The notes beneath the pieces are model-generated. The model was not told the origin of the DNA. It did not search any database and saw only the letters and a program-made list of their open reading frames with translations. A program made the position numbers and the translations under genes. From positions 93,808,001 through 93,872,000 of the forward strand of contig NC_058368.1 in NCBI RefSeq assembly GCF_018350175.1: a stretch of 64,000 nucleotides of DNA. Reading direction: 5' to 3'. Positions 38,541 to 51,659 of the stretch are shown piece after piece (positions within the stretch are counted from its first letter, which is position 1; the number at the start of each line of letters is the position of its first letter). This stretch comes from Felis catus. Taxonomy: Eukaryota.

Positions 38541-39300
38541 ATGTTAGGCTTGGGGGAAACAAGTGAATAAAGCAAAGAAAATCCCTGCCTTCATGGAATT
38601 TACATCCAGTGGGGGCATTATATGACAACAAATGAATAAATAATAAGAAAGCAAGGAATGATAAAGGATATCAAGTAAATCAAGTAAGGGGATAGAGATG
38701 AAAGGATGGTGCATTTAGACAGAGCCATCAGAGGCAACATTTGACCCAAGGCTGAATAAAGTAAGGTGGAGGGACATGAAAATAGTTAGGGAAAAGATGC
38801 TTCAGGCAGAGGGAAAAACAAACATAAAACTCTAAGGGAGGGGAGTGCTTGACTTGTTAAAGGAATGGCTACCACAGAGTGATCAGTAGGGACAATGGCA
38901 GAGGTGCACAGGGGCTGAGGGGCTGTTTACAAGGAACCCAGAGCCTTTGGAAGGACTTTGGATTTTATTCTGTGTGAGATGGATAGCCCCCCAAGGGCTT
39001 GGGGGGAAGGGATGGTGTGATCTGATTTCGATTTAAAAGGATCATTGTGCCTGTGGTGTTTGGAACAGAGAGCCACAGAGCAAGGGTGTCAGGAGGGGGA
39101 GAGTTAGGGGCCGGAAGTGTAGGCATCTTGGCCATTGCTGATGGTGGCTTGGTCCAGAGAGGAAGTGGTGGATGTCAGGAGGGACAGTTGAACTTGGAAC
39201 ACATTTTTGAAGATAGACAAGTGGATTCCAATGATGGCTTTGGTGGAGGATCTGCGGAGGTGGGCTCCCTGCCACTTGCACCAGCCCATACAAAATAAAT
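38540..39300 (-). mobile_element. L2 fragment
   Basis: ccctgccttcatggaatttacatc; aaggactttggattttattctg; gtgatctgattt. Confidence 0.65.
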
Positions 39301-39324
39301 ATTCTTTGTGCACCTAGTTTAATT

Positions 39325-40259
39325 TTTTTTAATTTTGTTCAATGTTTATTTATTTTTAAGAGAGGCAAAGAGAGCACAAGTGGGGGAAAGGCAGAGATAG
39401 AGGGAGACAGAGAATCCCAAGCAGGCTCCACGCTGCCTAATGCAGGGCTCAAACCCAGAAACCATGAGATCATGACTTGAGCCAAAGTGGGACATTCAAC
39501 TGACAGAGCCACCCAGGTATCCCTATGCACTTGGTCTTATAGTCCTTCTCTTAAATAGAACCTTCCCTCTTCACCAATGTGTGAGATTCATTTCCACAAA
39601 ACTTCACTCTGTCCCTGGGGTCTGAAAGAAAAAGAAAATGAAAAATGCTGGTTCCTAGGTTTGGGCCAGCATGACAGGAGGGATGATAGTGCCATTTGTG
39701 AGCCACGGCACCCTGGGAGAAGAACAGTTTGGAGGGGATCTAGAATTCTATTCTGGCCATACTCAGTAAAGTTTAAACTCCTCCCATTGGTATTTAAGAC
39801 CCTATCCTACTCACACAGGCTCCTTTCTCATTGCAAGCTGGGCTTCTGTTGGTGAAAATTTTCAGGCTACAATGTCTTTTCCTGCTCTTAGTCTTTTATT
39901 TTTATGTTTTGGAAGTCTTACCCATTCTTCAAGGTTTACTTCCAATAAAAGCTTTTACCTAAGAGTTGACTTCTTCCTCATGTTCCAGGGATAGAAAACT
40001 AGAAGCCCATAAAAGGCCATGGGTGATTTTTTTCAATTAAACATGAATGATTTTTTTAAGTTTTTAATGTTTATTTTTGAGAGAGACAGAGCGTGCAAGT
40101 GGGAGAGGGGTAGAGAGAGAGGGTGACACAGAATCCGAAGCAGGCTCCAGGCTCTGAGCCATCAGCAAAGAGCCCAACGTGGGGCTCGAACTCACAACCG
40201 TGAGATCATGACCTGAGCCAAAGTGGGACGCTTAACCAACTGAGCCACCCAGGTGACCC
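39325..40259 (-). mobile_element. Two Can-SINEs (39325-39523 and 40050-40259)
   Basis: Reverse-complement SINE bodies. Confidence 0.9.
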
Positions 40260-40909
40260 AAATGTGAATGTTCTAGACAGAGCACGCATTCTCCTGTTTG
40301 CCTGTTCACCCCTCTTGCCTTCCTCACAATCACACATTTGTGTTACCTACTTTGGTTGGTCCTGTAGCCCATCTGAGTTTATGACTAATATGTTCCTCAA
40401 ATCATTGTACCTGTGTCTCTTGTATAGGAAGTATACACTGGGTACTTTATAAATATTTAACAACTTAATGGAAGGTCAAAATGCTACATTTTCCATACAG
40501 ACATATTTGCCACCAACAGCAATTCTGTCATGGCAAGTTTTACATATTTTCATAGCATTCTGTTTTTCTTATTATTTTCCTCTTTTGTTCCTATTCTCTG
40601 TTGTTCCATTTTTTTTTCCCTTATGGGAAATTTAAGGTTAGTGGGAAAGGAGGCGAAGGTAGAGGAAAGACTATTACCCAACCTGACTGCTGATTTTATC
40701 TGACCTGATTTCAACCTGCTGAGTTTATTTTGTGATGAAGCAAATATTTCCTACTCATACCACTGAGAATAGAAAGTAAACTTTATCTTTAGCCAGGCTG
40801 GGACTATGTGAAATAGGTCAGTTTGTTTTTCATTAGAAATGAAGAGAATTAAATAAATATTCTCCTCATGAAATACTTTGAACAGTTTTGATTAATAAAG
40901 TCTGCTCCC

Positions 40910-41128
40910 AGAGCGCCTAGGTTGCTCGGTCTGTTGGGCATCCCACTTCGGCTCAGGTCATGATCTTATGGTTTGTGAGTTCAAGCCCCGCGTCAGGCTC
41001 TGTGCTGATGGCTCAGAGGCTGGAGCCTGCTTTGGATTCTGTATCTCCCTCTCTCTCTGTCCCTCCCCTGCTCACATGCTGTCTCTCTCTCAAAAATAAG
41101 TAAAGATTAAAAAGAAATTTAAAAAAGA
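40910..41128 (+). mobile_element. Can-SINE at the left edge of the NUMT
   Basis: Complete SINE body and A-tail. Confidence 0.9.
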
Positions 41129-41130
41129 AG

Positions 41131-41250
41131 AATTCTCCCAGTATGAAAGGTCAAGAGAAATAAGGCCTACTTCACTAAAGTGCCTTCAACCCAATAGATG
41201 ATATAATCTTAAACAGTTTACTAACCTACATTGCTGGAGAGTACGGGTTC
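41131..41250 (+). pseudogene. MT-RNR2: Mitochondrial 16S rRNA 3'-end fragment (NUMT)
   Basis: ttctcccagtatgaaaggtcaagagaaataaggcctacttcac matches the conserved 16S 3' region. Confidence 0.9.
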
Positions 41251-41324
41251 ATTACGGTGGCAGAGCCCGGTAACTGCATAAAATTTAACCTTTATAACCA
41301 GAGGTTCAACTCCTCTCCCTAACA
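41251..41324 (+). pseudogene. MT-TL1: Mitochondrial tRNA-Leu(UUR) pseudogene (NUMT)
   Basis: ggtggcagagcccggtaactgcataaaatttaacc...agaggttcaactcctctccctaaca; TAA anticodon. Confidence 0.92.
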
Positions 41325-41326
41325 AT

Positions 41327-41595
41327 ATGTTCGTAATTCATACTCTCTCATTAATTGTCCCAATCCTTTTTGCTATAGCTTTCTTAACATTCATCAAACG
41401 CAAAGTACTAGGCTACATACAACTTCTCAAAGGACCAAACATTGTAGGACCATATGGCCGCTTCAGGCCACTGCAGACACCATGAAACTCTTCACCAAAG
41501 AACTCCTCCAACCCCTCACATCTTCCATATCTATATTCATTATAGTACCCATCTTAGCTCTCTTGCTTGCCATAACCATATGAATCCCTAACTAC
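41327..41595 (+). pseudogene. MT-ND1: ND1 5' fragment, frameshifted (NUMT)
   Basis: Mitochondrial-code translation [44 protein letters not shown], then a 1-nt deletion, then ...KLFTKE...TMWIP. Confidence 0.93.
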
Positions 41596-41680
41596 AAGCG
41601 TCTGACTCTTGATTTCGATCCCAGGGTCGTGGGATCAAGCCCTGCATCAGGCTCCACACTGAACGTGGAGCCCACTTAAG

Positions 41681-41728
<48 letters not shown>

Positions 41729-41800
41729 TCTCCCCCCTCCCTACCTCACCTCCCACTCGTGCACGTGCGCTCTCTCTCCCTCTCAAATAAAATTAAAAAC
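41596..41800 (+). mobile_element. 5'-truncated Can-SINE abutting the NUMT
   Basis: Starts at aagcgtctgactcttg; long (CT)n. Confidence 0.88.
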
Positions 41801-44194
41801 AAAATCACCCCCAAGTTCACCTCTTAGATCAGTCCTTTAGGGGGACAAGAATAAAGTCAATCCACTCTTTATCAGAATAATGTTTTTCAACCTATTTGCA
41901 GTTGACAAATACAAGCAGGCAGCAAAGTCTGTGGGAAGCTTTCACAGAGAAGGGCTTGGTGAAGCCAAATGATTCACTGTTTGTTTGATTTAGCAGTTGG
42001 AATACACATCCCTGCCAGTTTGTTTTGTTTCTACTTAATTCCCAGCTTCCCAGCTTCTTTCTAATGAAAAATCAAGTCTGAAACAGTGCTCACCAAACTG
42101 CCTTCAGCGTGTCAAACTTTCCTAATGTAGCCTTGATTGATGAAGTCCTTTGAACGCTGGATATTTGCTAACTTACCTCTGGGAAGCAGTCAGTGGGGAG
42201 AAGAGGGAAGAAATGCACTGACCTGACAGACCCTTTCTTTTCAGTGTGTTCTAAAATCAGAGTGAGGCTATAACAATGAAGCTTTCATTTTCCTCCCATT
42301 TCTTTTCAGAAAGTTCTTTTCAGAAATTCTCTCCAAGGAAGTGTTTTGAGGTGTCCATTATGAAAAGCATGATGTAAAGTCAAGGTGTCCAACTCATCTG
42401 TGGTCTGTGCCTGGGGGACAGGGAGTGTTATTCTGTGGGCTTCACAAAAGGGAGAAGAGGAGTCTTCTAACCCTACGCATCCCACCTGTGTATCTGACTG
42501 TGGGGTAATGGCTGCCCTTGACATAGTCTCTGGGCTCTCTGCTGCCTGTGGCCATGGCCAAGCACACAGGAGATGCCATCTGTCTCTGCCCAGTAGCTCT
42601 GACACCTCCTGTAACTTTGTCAGAAGACTCCTGGGTCTATATGCTTCTCCAGAGCTCTTATTCCCGGCACTGAAGATCAATACATAAAAGGAGTCTTTCA
42701 GTTACTCTATGGCCAAAGGGCAATATGGCAGCAATGTCAAAGCCATTACTCAGATTTAACCTTGTGCAGAATGCAGAGGGCCTCTACCCAGCTCAAAGGG
42801 CTGCCATCCTGGGCAGGAAGAAGGTGGGAGGTGCTTCTCCATGAGATTCACCTGACTCTTCTCCCTGAGGTATGGAGAACCCACTACAGCCACCAAGGCA
42901 CATGGCACCCACAAGATGCTGTCAGTGGGGAAAATACCTACCCCTTTCAGTGCAAGCCTAAAGAGCCCAATGGGGTCAGGGTCCAAGGGTGAAGCTGTAA
43001 CACCATTTTCTGCTCATGCTGGGCTGGGATGTTTCCCAGCAGTAATGTCTGCCATTTCCAATGGGGAACCAAGAGGACTGAGGAAGGCTTTTCTCTCCTT
43101 TACACTTAGGAGGCTGTACTTCCTTCTATACTTCTTCCTTCCCGAAGTTAAAAAAAAAATGTATGTGTGTACACACCACACATACATACACACACGTATA
43201 TTGAAATTGGACAGTGAACATATATGTTACATATGCTAAACACAATATGTATTGTGCGTTCCTGTCCAGGGTCAGACCAGTAGTTAAACTTCTTTTCTTC
43301 AACAGACAACAAGGGGTACTCAAACCAAACAAGATGATGGCACATCAAGGTCCAGCTCGTCCTTTCTCGATTGGAATTCTGTTGACAGAATTATTCCCTA
43401 CGACCCTAAGACGTGCATTATATGGAATGCATGAACTCTGCTCTGTGCATATACAGGGCCAGGTACGGATTATCTGGTCTCTACACATCCAGAACGGTAC
43501 TAGCCACGTGTCAGTCTTACAACCCCCCATGTTCTGTCCTCTCCCAAAAGTCTTGGCCCTGGAGAGTGATGAGCTGCTTTTTCCTGCTCAGAGGGTAGAA
43601 GAAATAGACATTAGGTTGGGAAAGAGGCAAAAGACTACATCCCCACTGCACTGCTGAAGCTGTCTTGGCAGTTTCTTCCCCTCTCCCCCCAGGCGGGGTA
43701 GGAGGGAAGACTTTCTGTTCAGACAGTGAGGCACCAGGACGGAGGTGCATCTGTTAACATCTGAAAGTGCATTTTGGAAGTATTCCAATCCGGCTAGGAG
43801 TAAAGTGTGTCAGATCCGCTCGCCTAGGGAGAGACTTAAAACCATCCATTTATACAGCAATATAAAATGCCCTTCACTTTGTAACAGGAGCAAATGCAGC
43901 CCAGGCAATCACAACAATCTAATAATAAAGATCTGAAGAACTGCCTTACACTCTGATGTATTATTAATGCTTCACGGGAGTAACGTTTTCTTCGTTTTGT
44001 GCACCTGATTCTTGGCAGTCCTATCTGGCAGTTGAGAGGGACTGAACTAATGTTTATCATAAGTGAAAAGCTCATTCCTTCAACATGTCTTATGCAGCTA
44101 CTACAGTGCTGGGCACTACAGATTAAATGGAATCACAAACATAATGGTAGCCTCAAAATAATAACGATGGTAACAATAGCACTAATAGTTGTTG

Positions 44195-44755
44195 TTTGTA
44201 ATGTGTTTTCTCCTTCCCAACAGCAGCTCCTGACTTTTTTCAGAGCAGACTCACCCCTAGCCCTGTTCCGGTACTTTCCATGCATCCACGGACAGAACAT
44301 GTGACTCAAGCAAAAGTCGTTGAATGTATATTCCTTTGTCTACAATAATTGGCTCAGAGATGGGCACATGACCCAAATTGGTCCAGTCAGAATAAATCTT
44401 GGGACTTGTTCAGAAGCTAATGGAAAAGACCCTCCTCGCTTTTGAGCTGGACTATGAACCTGAGAATGTGCAAGGCTACAGCTGCCCCAGCGATCTTGTT
44501 ACCAGGAAGGGGCCACCTGGAGCCTGGCGCTAAATGGAGACTGAGGATGAAGTCAAAGCACCAGGAAGCAAAGGAAAGGGACACAGAGAAATAGGGTCCT
44601 AATGACATGGTTTAAGCATTAAATCCACCCGTCTCTGAAGCCAGCCCAGCTCCTGGAACTTCCAGCCTTCTGAGCCAGTAAATGCACATTTTGTCTGAAG
44701 CCAATTTGAGTTTGGTTCTACGTCCCTTGACTCTAAGGAAGAACTAAGTTACACA
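44195..44755 (+). mobile_element. MLT1J/K-like MaLR LTR
   Basis: gatgggcacatgacccaa; ctgagccagtaaat...aagccaatttgagtttgg. Confidence 0.65.
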
Positions 44756-45689
44756 GAGAATGCTGATTAGTAATGATAATGCAAAGCCAGTGGGGAAAAG
44801 CCGTTGGAAACTGGATATAAGGGGGAAATGAGATTAGATATTAAGAATCTATAGATTTTACAGGAACCTTGCCTAATAGAGGCAAAGCAGAAACAAATGA
44901 ACTAAGATCCAAAAACCATCATTTAGAACTTTTCGATCACTCTTGTAGCCAAATGGAGTTAACCTTGACCTCAGTGGGGTACATGAAACACAAACAATAC
45001 ACAAGACATTAAACCCGTTCAGCTCCAGAACAGCAAGACACTTTTCTGGGCAAGTGTGGAAAAGCTCCAGGAAGAATAGTTTTGTTTTTTCTTAAAGCTA
45101 CATCCAGAAGCTTTGTGAAACCAATAGAAGTATTTGCAATCCAGATGCATGCCACCCTAAAAGCAATAATGTCAAAATGATAAATAAGAAAAACGGTCTT
45201 TCAGAATCAGGGGTCTTGGGGATCAGAGACAAAGTACACTTTTCTGCCTCCCTGAAGTATAGCCACAAGAAAGGATTGCTGAGTGGAAGGTAAACAGACT
45301 ATTATTTGGGCAGCCACTATGTTAAATCAAGTTGTGTTCAGACATCCTTAGTTTTAACCACCAAAATCAAATTTGGAAATTCTGTCCTACTTCCTTTATG
45401 GCACACTCACATATTATGCAACTCAGGGAAAGGCAGCTCTGCAGCACATTTACTATCTTTTTTATTTAGTTATTATTTTTTACAACACTGGAATCCAAAG
45501 CTTTGTTAGCCAGGAATCTGTTTATCATTTTCTTCACTTGGTAGATCTTCCCAAACATTAAAAAAAAAAAAAAAAAAAAGCCACCAACTGGGAGAGAACT
45601 TTTCCCTTGGATTCTAAAACTCACAGAGAATTCCCAAATCACACTGCATTATTTGCCATGAAGTAGAGACAAGGACTCTGGGTCAAGGG

Positions 45690-46138
45690 GGTGAGGGAGT
45701 CTCTCCCATGAGAAGACTCTGCCCTTGCACCCGGACAGGCCCTTTGACCACTTTGACCAATGGAACCTGGGAGTTACACTGTGTGGATTCCAGCTGTAGC
45801 CTTTGAGTGTTAATTTCCTGCCTCTTGGGATCCAGCTGCCATGTGTGACTACTCTGAGCCCAGCACGTTGTGAAAAGTCCCAAGCCACATGGAGAGGCCC
45901 TGGAGGTTGAGACAGCATGTAGAAAGACAGAAAAAACAAGGAGTCAGATGTGTAAGGGAAGGAACCATCCTGGGTGACCAGCATAGTCCAGCCTCCAGAT
46001 CATTCCAGCTAGCCACTATCCCGCGGCAGCTGCATAAGAGAGGTCAACCCCCGGAACCAGAATAATGATAAACTGCTGTTTTAAACTACTACAATTTGGG
46101 GGTGGTTTGTTAGATGCAGCATTAGATATCCGGAACAC
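45690..46138 (+). mobile_element. MLT1G/H-like MaLR LTR
   Basis: cccaagccacatggagaggccc; 3' end gttttaaactactacaatttgggggtggtttgtta...ggaaca. Confidence 0.7.
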
Positions 46139-46699
46139 ATAGGTAATTTGCCAATCTGGGTATCCCTTAAAGTGTAGTGGATGAGGTAGATGTTTAAAAA
46201 AAATAATGAATTTATCATAATGACTACACGTTCAAGCAACAGAAACTAATGTTGACTGAGTTAAGCAGCAAGGGAGTGGGTAACTCGTGAGTCAGAGGAA
46301 GGCCTAGAGACACTAGATCCAGGCTAAGCAGGAAATAAGAACAACAAAGCTATGGCCCAAAACCACACTGGGGAGGCAGGCACTGACGCCACGGCCACAG
46401 AAATGACAGAGTTCCTGGCCCCTCAGGTGTAGTGTCGCTAGCTCCCTTGAGGGAGTCTTGGCATGGGTGGCCATGGGTGGGGTGGGGGGGTCACAGCTGA
46501 GGCACTCCCCTTGCTGCAAGGGGAGTGAGCAGATCAGTATCCAGCATTTTCAGACTCTCTATATAGAAGGTAACCTCTGTCCCCATCAAAGTCAGAGGGT
46601 GAGGATGACTCCTCCAAGGACAGAAGTTTAGAGGTTGGGTGATCTAAATGAATGACAAGAGTCTACCTCTGCTACCAGGAAACAAAACATGTGTGGGGG

Positions 46700-46820
46700 G
46701 TATATATACATATGTATGTGTGTGTGTATATGTGTATCCGTGTCTATATGCATGTGTATACCTATGCATATGTATGTGTGTGTATATGTGTCCGCACATT
46801 ATGTGTACATACATATATAT
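46700..46820. repeat. Degenerate (TATG/TG)n low-complexity repeat
   Basis: Alternating purine-pyrimidine tract. Confidence 0.85.
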
Positions 46821-47009
46821 TTTTTTGTGTTATGCAGGTTTTGCTGTACCATGATATTTGTCTTCCTGATAAACCCAGCATTCTATGAAATTAATACTAA
46901 AATTAGCGTTCACCCTTAAACCAGCAGGGCTATGGGAAAATAATATTAGGAGCATATCTCTTAAAATCTATAAAAATTGGTAACCAGAGCATCAACAAAA
47001 ATAATAATC

Positions 47010-47533
47010 TTTTTTTTAAGTTTCTTTATTTTGAGAGCGAGAGAAAGAGAGAGAGAGAGCATGAGCAGGGGAGAGGCAAAGAGAGGAGGAAAATTCCAAG
47101 CTGGCTCTGTGCTATCAGCACAGAGCCCCATGTGGGGCTTGAACCCACAAAACTGTGAGATCATGACCCAAGCCAAAATAGAGAGATGCTTAACTGACTG
47201 AACCACTCAGGCACCCCCCAAAATGATAATTTTCATAAAGATGTTAGTTCAGCAAAAATATTAAATTCCTAACAGAGAGATACTAAAGTTTTTACTTAAA
47301 AAAACTAGGAAGTGAATTCATCTTTGTTTTAATGTTTATTTATTTTTGACAGAGAGAGAGAGAGAGAAAGCAAGCAGGGGATGGACAGACAGAGAGGGAG
47401 ACAGAGGATCCCAAGCGGGCTTTGCGCTGACAGCAGAGAGCCTGATACGGGGCTCGAACTCACCAACTGTCAGATCATGACCTGAGCCCAAATCGAGAGT
47501 CAGAACCTCAACCAACTGAGCCACCCAGGTGCC
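47010..47533 (-). mobile_element. Two Can-SINEs (47010-47218 and 47325-47533)
   Basis: Reverse-complement SINE bodies. Confidence 0.9.
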
Positions 47534-48120
47534 TGAGGAAGCGAATGCATCTTGACAGGAGGGGTGCAACAGTAATGGGGGGCTACTGAGTTCTGGTGGC
47601 AACGGCAACATGCCCAAAGATTGGGGAAAACCACACAGTGAATGCTTGCTGAGAGCAATGGATTGAACCGAGCCAAAAAAGTAACAGGCGACTACTCATG
47701 ACAGTCCTGTGCTCCTCACACTTGCCATATTCAGCTGTGCAGACATACCCTGGGCTAAGCTGCCGCTACTCATGTGGGAAACATTAGCAGGCTGGAGAAG
47801 GTGAGGACCTTCATGTTATACTGCCATTACTCCACGACGTAGCAATCACACAGGAGGAGCTAAGTCATGTTTACAAATCATGACTGCAGCAAAACAGAAT
47901 GGTGTGCGCATGTGTGTATCAGTTCAGACAACCTTTCCAGGCTAGGTGTTACTCTCGTTTCATAAATGAGGAAACGGAGGCTCACAGAACAACAGGTCGC
48001 ACCTAATTCAAACAGATGTAAGTGTTAAGCTGAGATTTGAAGCTTGTGCTGCTGGGTTTTCAGATCAGCGCTCCTTATACCCTGCCTTGTCATTTAACTA
48101 GAAAACCAGCTTCCATTTAA

Positions 48121-49853
48121 CATTTTACTTTATTTATTTAAATTCCAGTATAATCTACAGTGTTATATTAGTTTCAGGTGTACAAAATAGCGATTCAATG
48201 TTTCTATATATGACTCAGTGCTCATCATGGTAAGTGTGCCCTTTAATCCTCATCCCCTATTTCCCCCACCCCTGCCCCCCAACCCTTTCCTCTCTGGTAA
48301 CCATCAGTTTGTTCTCTATGGTTAAGAGTCTGTTTCTTGGTTTGCCTCTCTCTCCTTTTTTTCCTTTGCTCGTTTTGTTTCTTAAATGCCACATATGAGT
48401 GAAATCATATGATATTTGTCTTTCTCTAACTGCCTCATTTCACTTAGCATTATACTCTCTAGCTTCATCTGTGTTGTTTCAATAACAAGATTTCATTCAT
48501 TTTATGGCTAAATATTCTATTATATATTAGATAAATTATACATATGTATATATGTATATATCTATATTATAATATGTATAACATTATACATATTTATATC
48601 TATATTATACATATCTATATGTATCTATCTATCTATCTAATATATATATGGTCACTTATTCTCTATCTATTCACCAATTTATGGATATTTGCGCTGCTTC
48701 CATAATTTAGCTATTGTAAATAATGCTGCTATACACATTGGGATGCACGTGCCCCTTTGAATCAGCATTTTTGTATCCTTTGGATAAATACCTAGTAGTG
48801 CGATTACTGGATCTTACAGTAGTTCTATTTTTAACTTTTTGAGGAACCTCCATACTGTTTTCCACAGTGGCTGCACCAGTTTGCATCCCCACCAGCAGTG
48901 CAAGAGGGTTGCCCTTCCTCCACATCCTCACCAACACCTGTTTCCTGTGTTGTTAATTTTAGTCATTCTGACAGGTATGAGGTGGTGTCTCAATGTGGTT
49001 TGATTTTGTATTTTCTTGATGATGAGTGATGTTGAGCATCTTTTCATGTGCCTGTTAGACATCTGGATGTCTTCTTTGGAAAAATGTCTATTCATGTCTT
49101 CTGCCTATTTCTTAACCAGATTATTTGTTTTTGGGGTGCTGCGTTGTATCAGTTCTTTATATATTTAGGATACTAACCCTTTATCATATATGTTATTTGC
49201 AAATATCTTCTCCCTTTCAGTACACTGCCTACTAGTTTTGTAGATTATTTTCTTTATTGTGCAGAGCTTTTTTATTTTGATGTAGTCCCAATAGTTTATT
49301 TTCATTTGTATTTCCCTTGCTTCAGGAGACATAGCTAGAAAAAATGTTGCTATGGCGAATGTCAGAGAAATAGCTGCCTGTGCTCTCTTCTGGGATTTTT
49401 ATGGTTTCAGGTCTCACATTTAGGTCTTTCATCCATTTTGAATTAATTTTTGTATATGGTGTAAGAAAGTGGTCCACTTTCACTCTTCTGAATGTACTGT
49501 TCAGTTTTCCCAACACCATTTGTTGAAGACATTGTCTTTTTCCCATTGTATATTCTTTCCTCTGTTGTCAAAGGTTAATTGACCATATAAGTGTGGATTT
49601 ATTTCAGGGTTTTCTATTCTGTTCCATTGATCTATGGGTCTATTTTTGTGCCAGTACCATATTGTTTTGATTACCACAGATTGGTAATATAAGTAGAAGT
49701 CTGGAATTGTCATACTTTTTTTTTTTCAAAAAGCAAATAGCCTCTTTGGCTATTCAGGGTATTCTGTGGTTCCATAAAAATTTTAGGATCTTTTGTTCTA
49801 GTTCTGTGAAAAACGTTGTTGGTATTTTGATAAGGATTGCATTAAACCCATAG
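48121..49853 (-). mobile_element. 5'-truncated carnivore L1 (ORF2 C-terminus and 3'UTR)
   Basis: ORF2 remnants [16 protein letters not shown] and [11 protein letters not shown] cagcttcca(t/c)tt; TA-rich expansion at 48520-48650. Confidence 0.92.
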
Positions 49854-50699
49854 AACAGCTTCCACTTTAGAAATTTAGACCTGTATCTCCAAGTTGGCAA
49901 TCAGTCATGACCCTAGTGAGACTGGACTTGATCATTCAACAGTGTCTTTCAAACTAAAGATTGTTCAAGTTGATTTTTCTCCAAGTTGGAGACCTGGTTC
50001 CTTAGACCCTCCAGCAATGCAGCCTTAGCCTATTCAAGGCTGCCTCCAGAAGTCCATGAAACCCATCAGGCGACTTTCCTTTTCTGCTTTCACTCAGGAG
50101 TTAGCATTCAGGTGATTGATTTAGAAGTACAGCTACATTTTCCAAGGGGAGTTTTTCCTTTGAACAATATGACATTTTTTTCTTGCAAAACAAAGATTTC
50201 TCATTTGTCACAGAGATCAAAGGGAGAGAAAATGTTTCCAATGTAACACAGATGTCTGCTAATTTCTTTGCCTGTTTCTAACTTTTGCATAAATTCAACT
50301 GGCTGAATAAATGAAAATGCCCGAGCTGGGGACCTGCCAAGCGGTGGATGAAGTTTGATCTCCACCAAATACTGCACAGAAGCTAAAACCTCAAGGCTGC
50401 AGTTCATCAGTCAGGAATGAGATGTCAAGTAGACACAAACGAGCAATCAGATCCCAAATCCTTTGAGAACACAAACCTCCCGGCCAAGTCTGCATTTAAA
50501 GAGAGTATGCATTTAAGCCATACTTCCTGGCAAGAGCTATATAGGCTGAGATGTTCATAGGAGGGGATGTGGGACATTACCACTGGATAAACCCCCACCA
50601 TTTAGCACGCAAGAGTGATGAATCACTTAGTGCATTACTCCTGCAGTGTACCAAACAATCCTCCCAGAATTGATACACCTTCTCAACATTTAACCTGGA

Positions 50700-50870
50700 G
50701 GTTCTCATCATTATGAGAACCAATGGCCCCCAAGGGCCTGTTAAAACAAGATCATGGTCTCACTCCCACAATCTTGGGGTGATCTACAGATCTACGATTC
50801 TGTACGTGTGGAGTACACCTGGAAGATTTGCATTTCTAGAAATTCCCAGGTGATGCTTTGAAGACTACTG
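50700..50870 (+). mobile_element. MER5A-like hAT MITE
   Basis: ggttctca...ttgcatttctagaaattcccaggtgatgct...actactg; flanks acctggag/tcctagag. Confidence 0.65.
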
Positions 50871-51304
50871 TCCTAGAGAAAGTCTGGGCTCCAGGTAGAA
50901 TGCAGCCTCATTTGTTCCAAGTGGCAAGTGCAAGGTTGATATTTTTTAAACTTTTTAGAAATCAGAGGATGTTGAACGAAATCACATTTTTCAAAAGCCA
51001 CCTGTTATTTCTTTGTGTGTGAGCTATCCATCTCTGCCCTAAAGAGGTTCTTTTGGTTTTGATTATTTTGAAAGAGAGAGAAAGAACAGATCTATTTCTA
51101 GAGACTCAGAAAAACATTTTTTCTGCTTAAGTGTGTGCTAATTGGCCTAACATGTTTTCAATTGTGTGTGTGTATTTCACAGAGCAAATCCATTTTACTG
51201 GTGCACACTGTATACTCATGTATATAAAATCATGAATAAAAGCATCTCATAAGAATTCTAAACTATACTCTTGCTTTATCTATCCTTTTTTTCTCAAGTA
51301 TTTT

Positions 51305-51651
51305 TTAAAGATTTTATTTTTATTTATTTTATTGTATTTTATAACGTTTATTTATCTTTGAGAGAGAGAGAGAGAGCACAAGCAGGGGAGGGGAGAGAGA
51401 GAGTGAGGGAGACAGAATCCAAAGCAGGTTCCAGACTCTGAGCTGTCAGCACAGAGCCCAATGTGGGGCTCAAACCCACGAACCGTGAGATCACGAACTG
51501 AGCTGAAGTCAGCTGCTTAGCCGACTGAACCACCCAGGCGCCCCTTAAAGATTTTATTTTTAAGTAACCTCTACATCCAATGTGGGGCTCAAACTCTCGA
51601 CCCCAACATCAAGAGTCACATGCTCTACTGACTGAACCAGGCAGGCACCCC
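51305..51651 (-). mobile_element. Can-SINE (51340-51544) nested in the tail of a short older SINE (51550-51651)
   Basis: Repeats ttaaagattttattttta and ttttctcaagtatttt. Confidence 0.9.
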
Positions 51652-51659
51652 TTTTCTCA

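Larger units (their letters stand above)
41131..41595 (+). pseudogene. NUMT (nuclear copy of mitochondrial DNA): 16S 3' end, tRNA-Leu(UUR), ND1 5' part
   Basis: Three recognisable mitochondrial segments in native vertebrate gene order. Confidence 0.95.

Noticed and set aside
41251..41324. Functional tRNA gene
   Set aside because: Mitochondrial-type tRNA inside a decayed NUMT, with acceptor-stem mismatches
42306..43657. ORFs of 100-147 aa in unique sequence
   Set aside because: No recognisable homology and no consistent exon structure
50700..50721. Hairpin ggttctcat-catt-atgagaacc
   Set aside because: Only 9-bp arms, located at the end of a MER5A-like element
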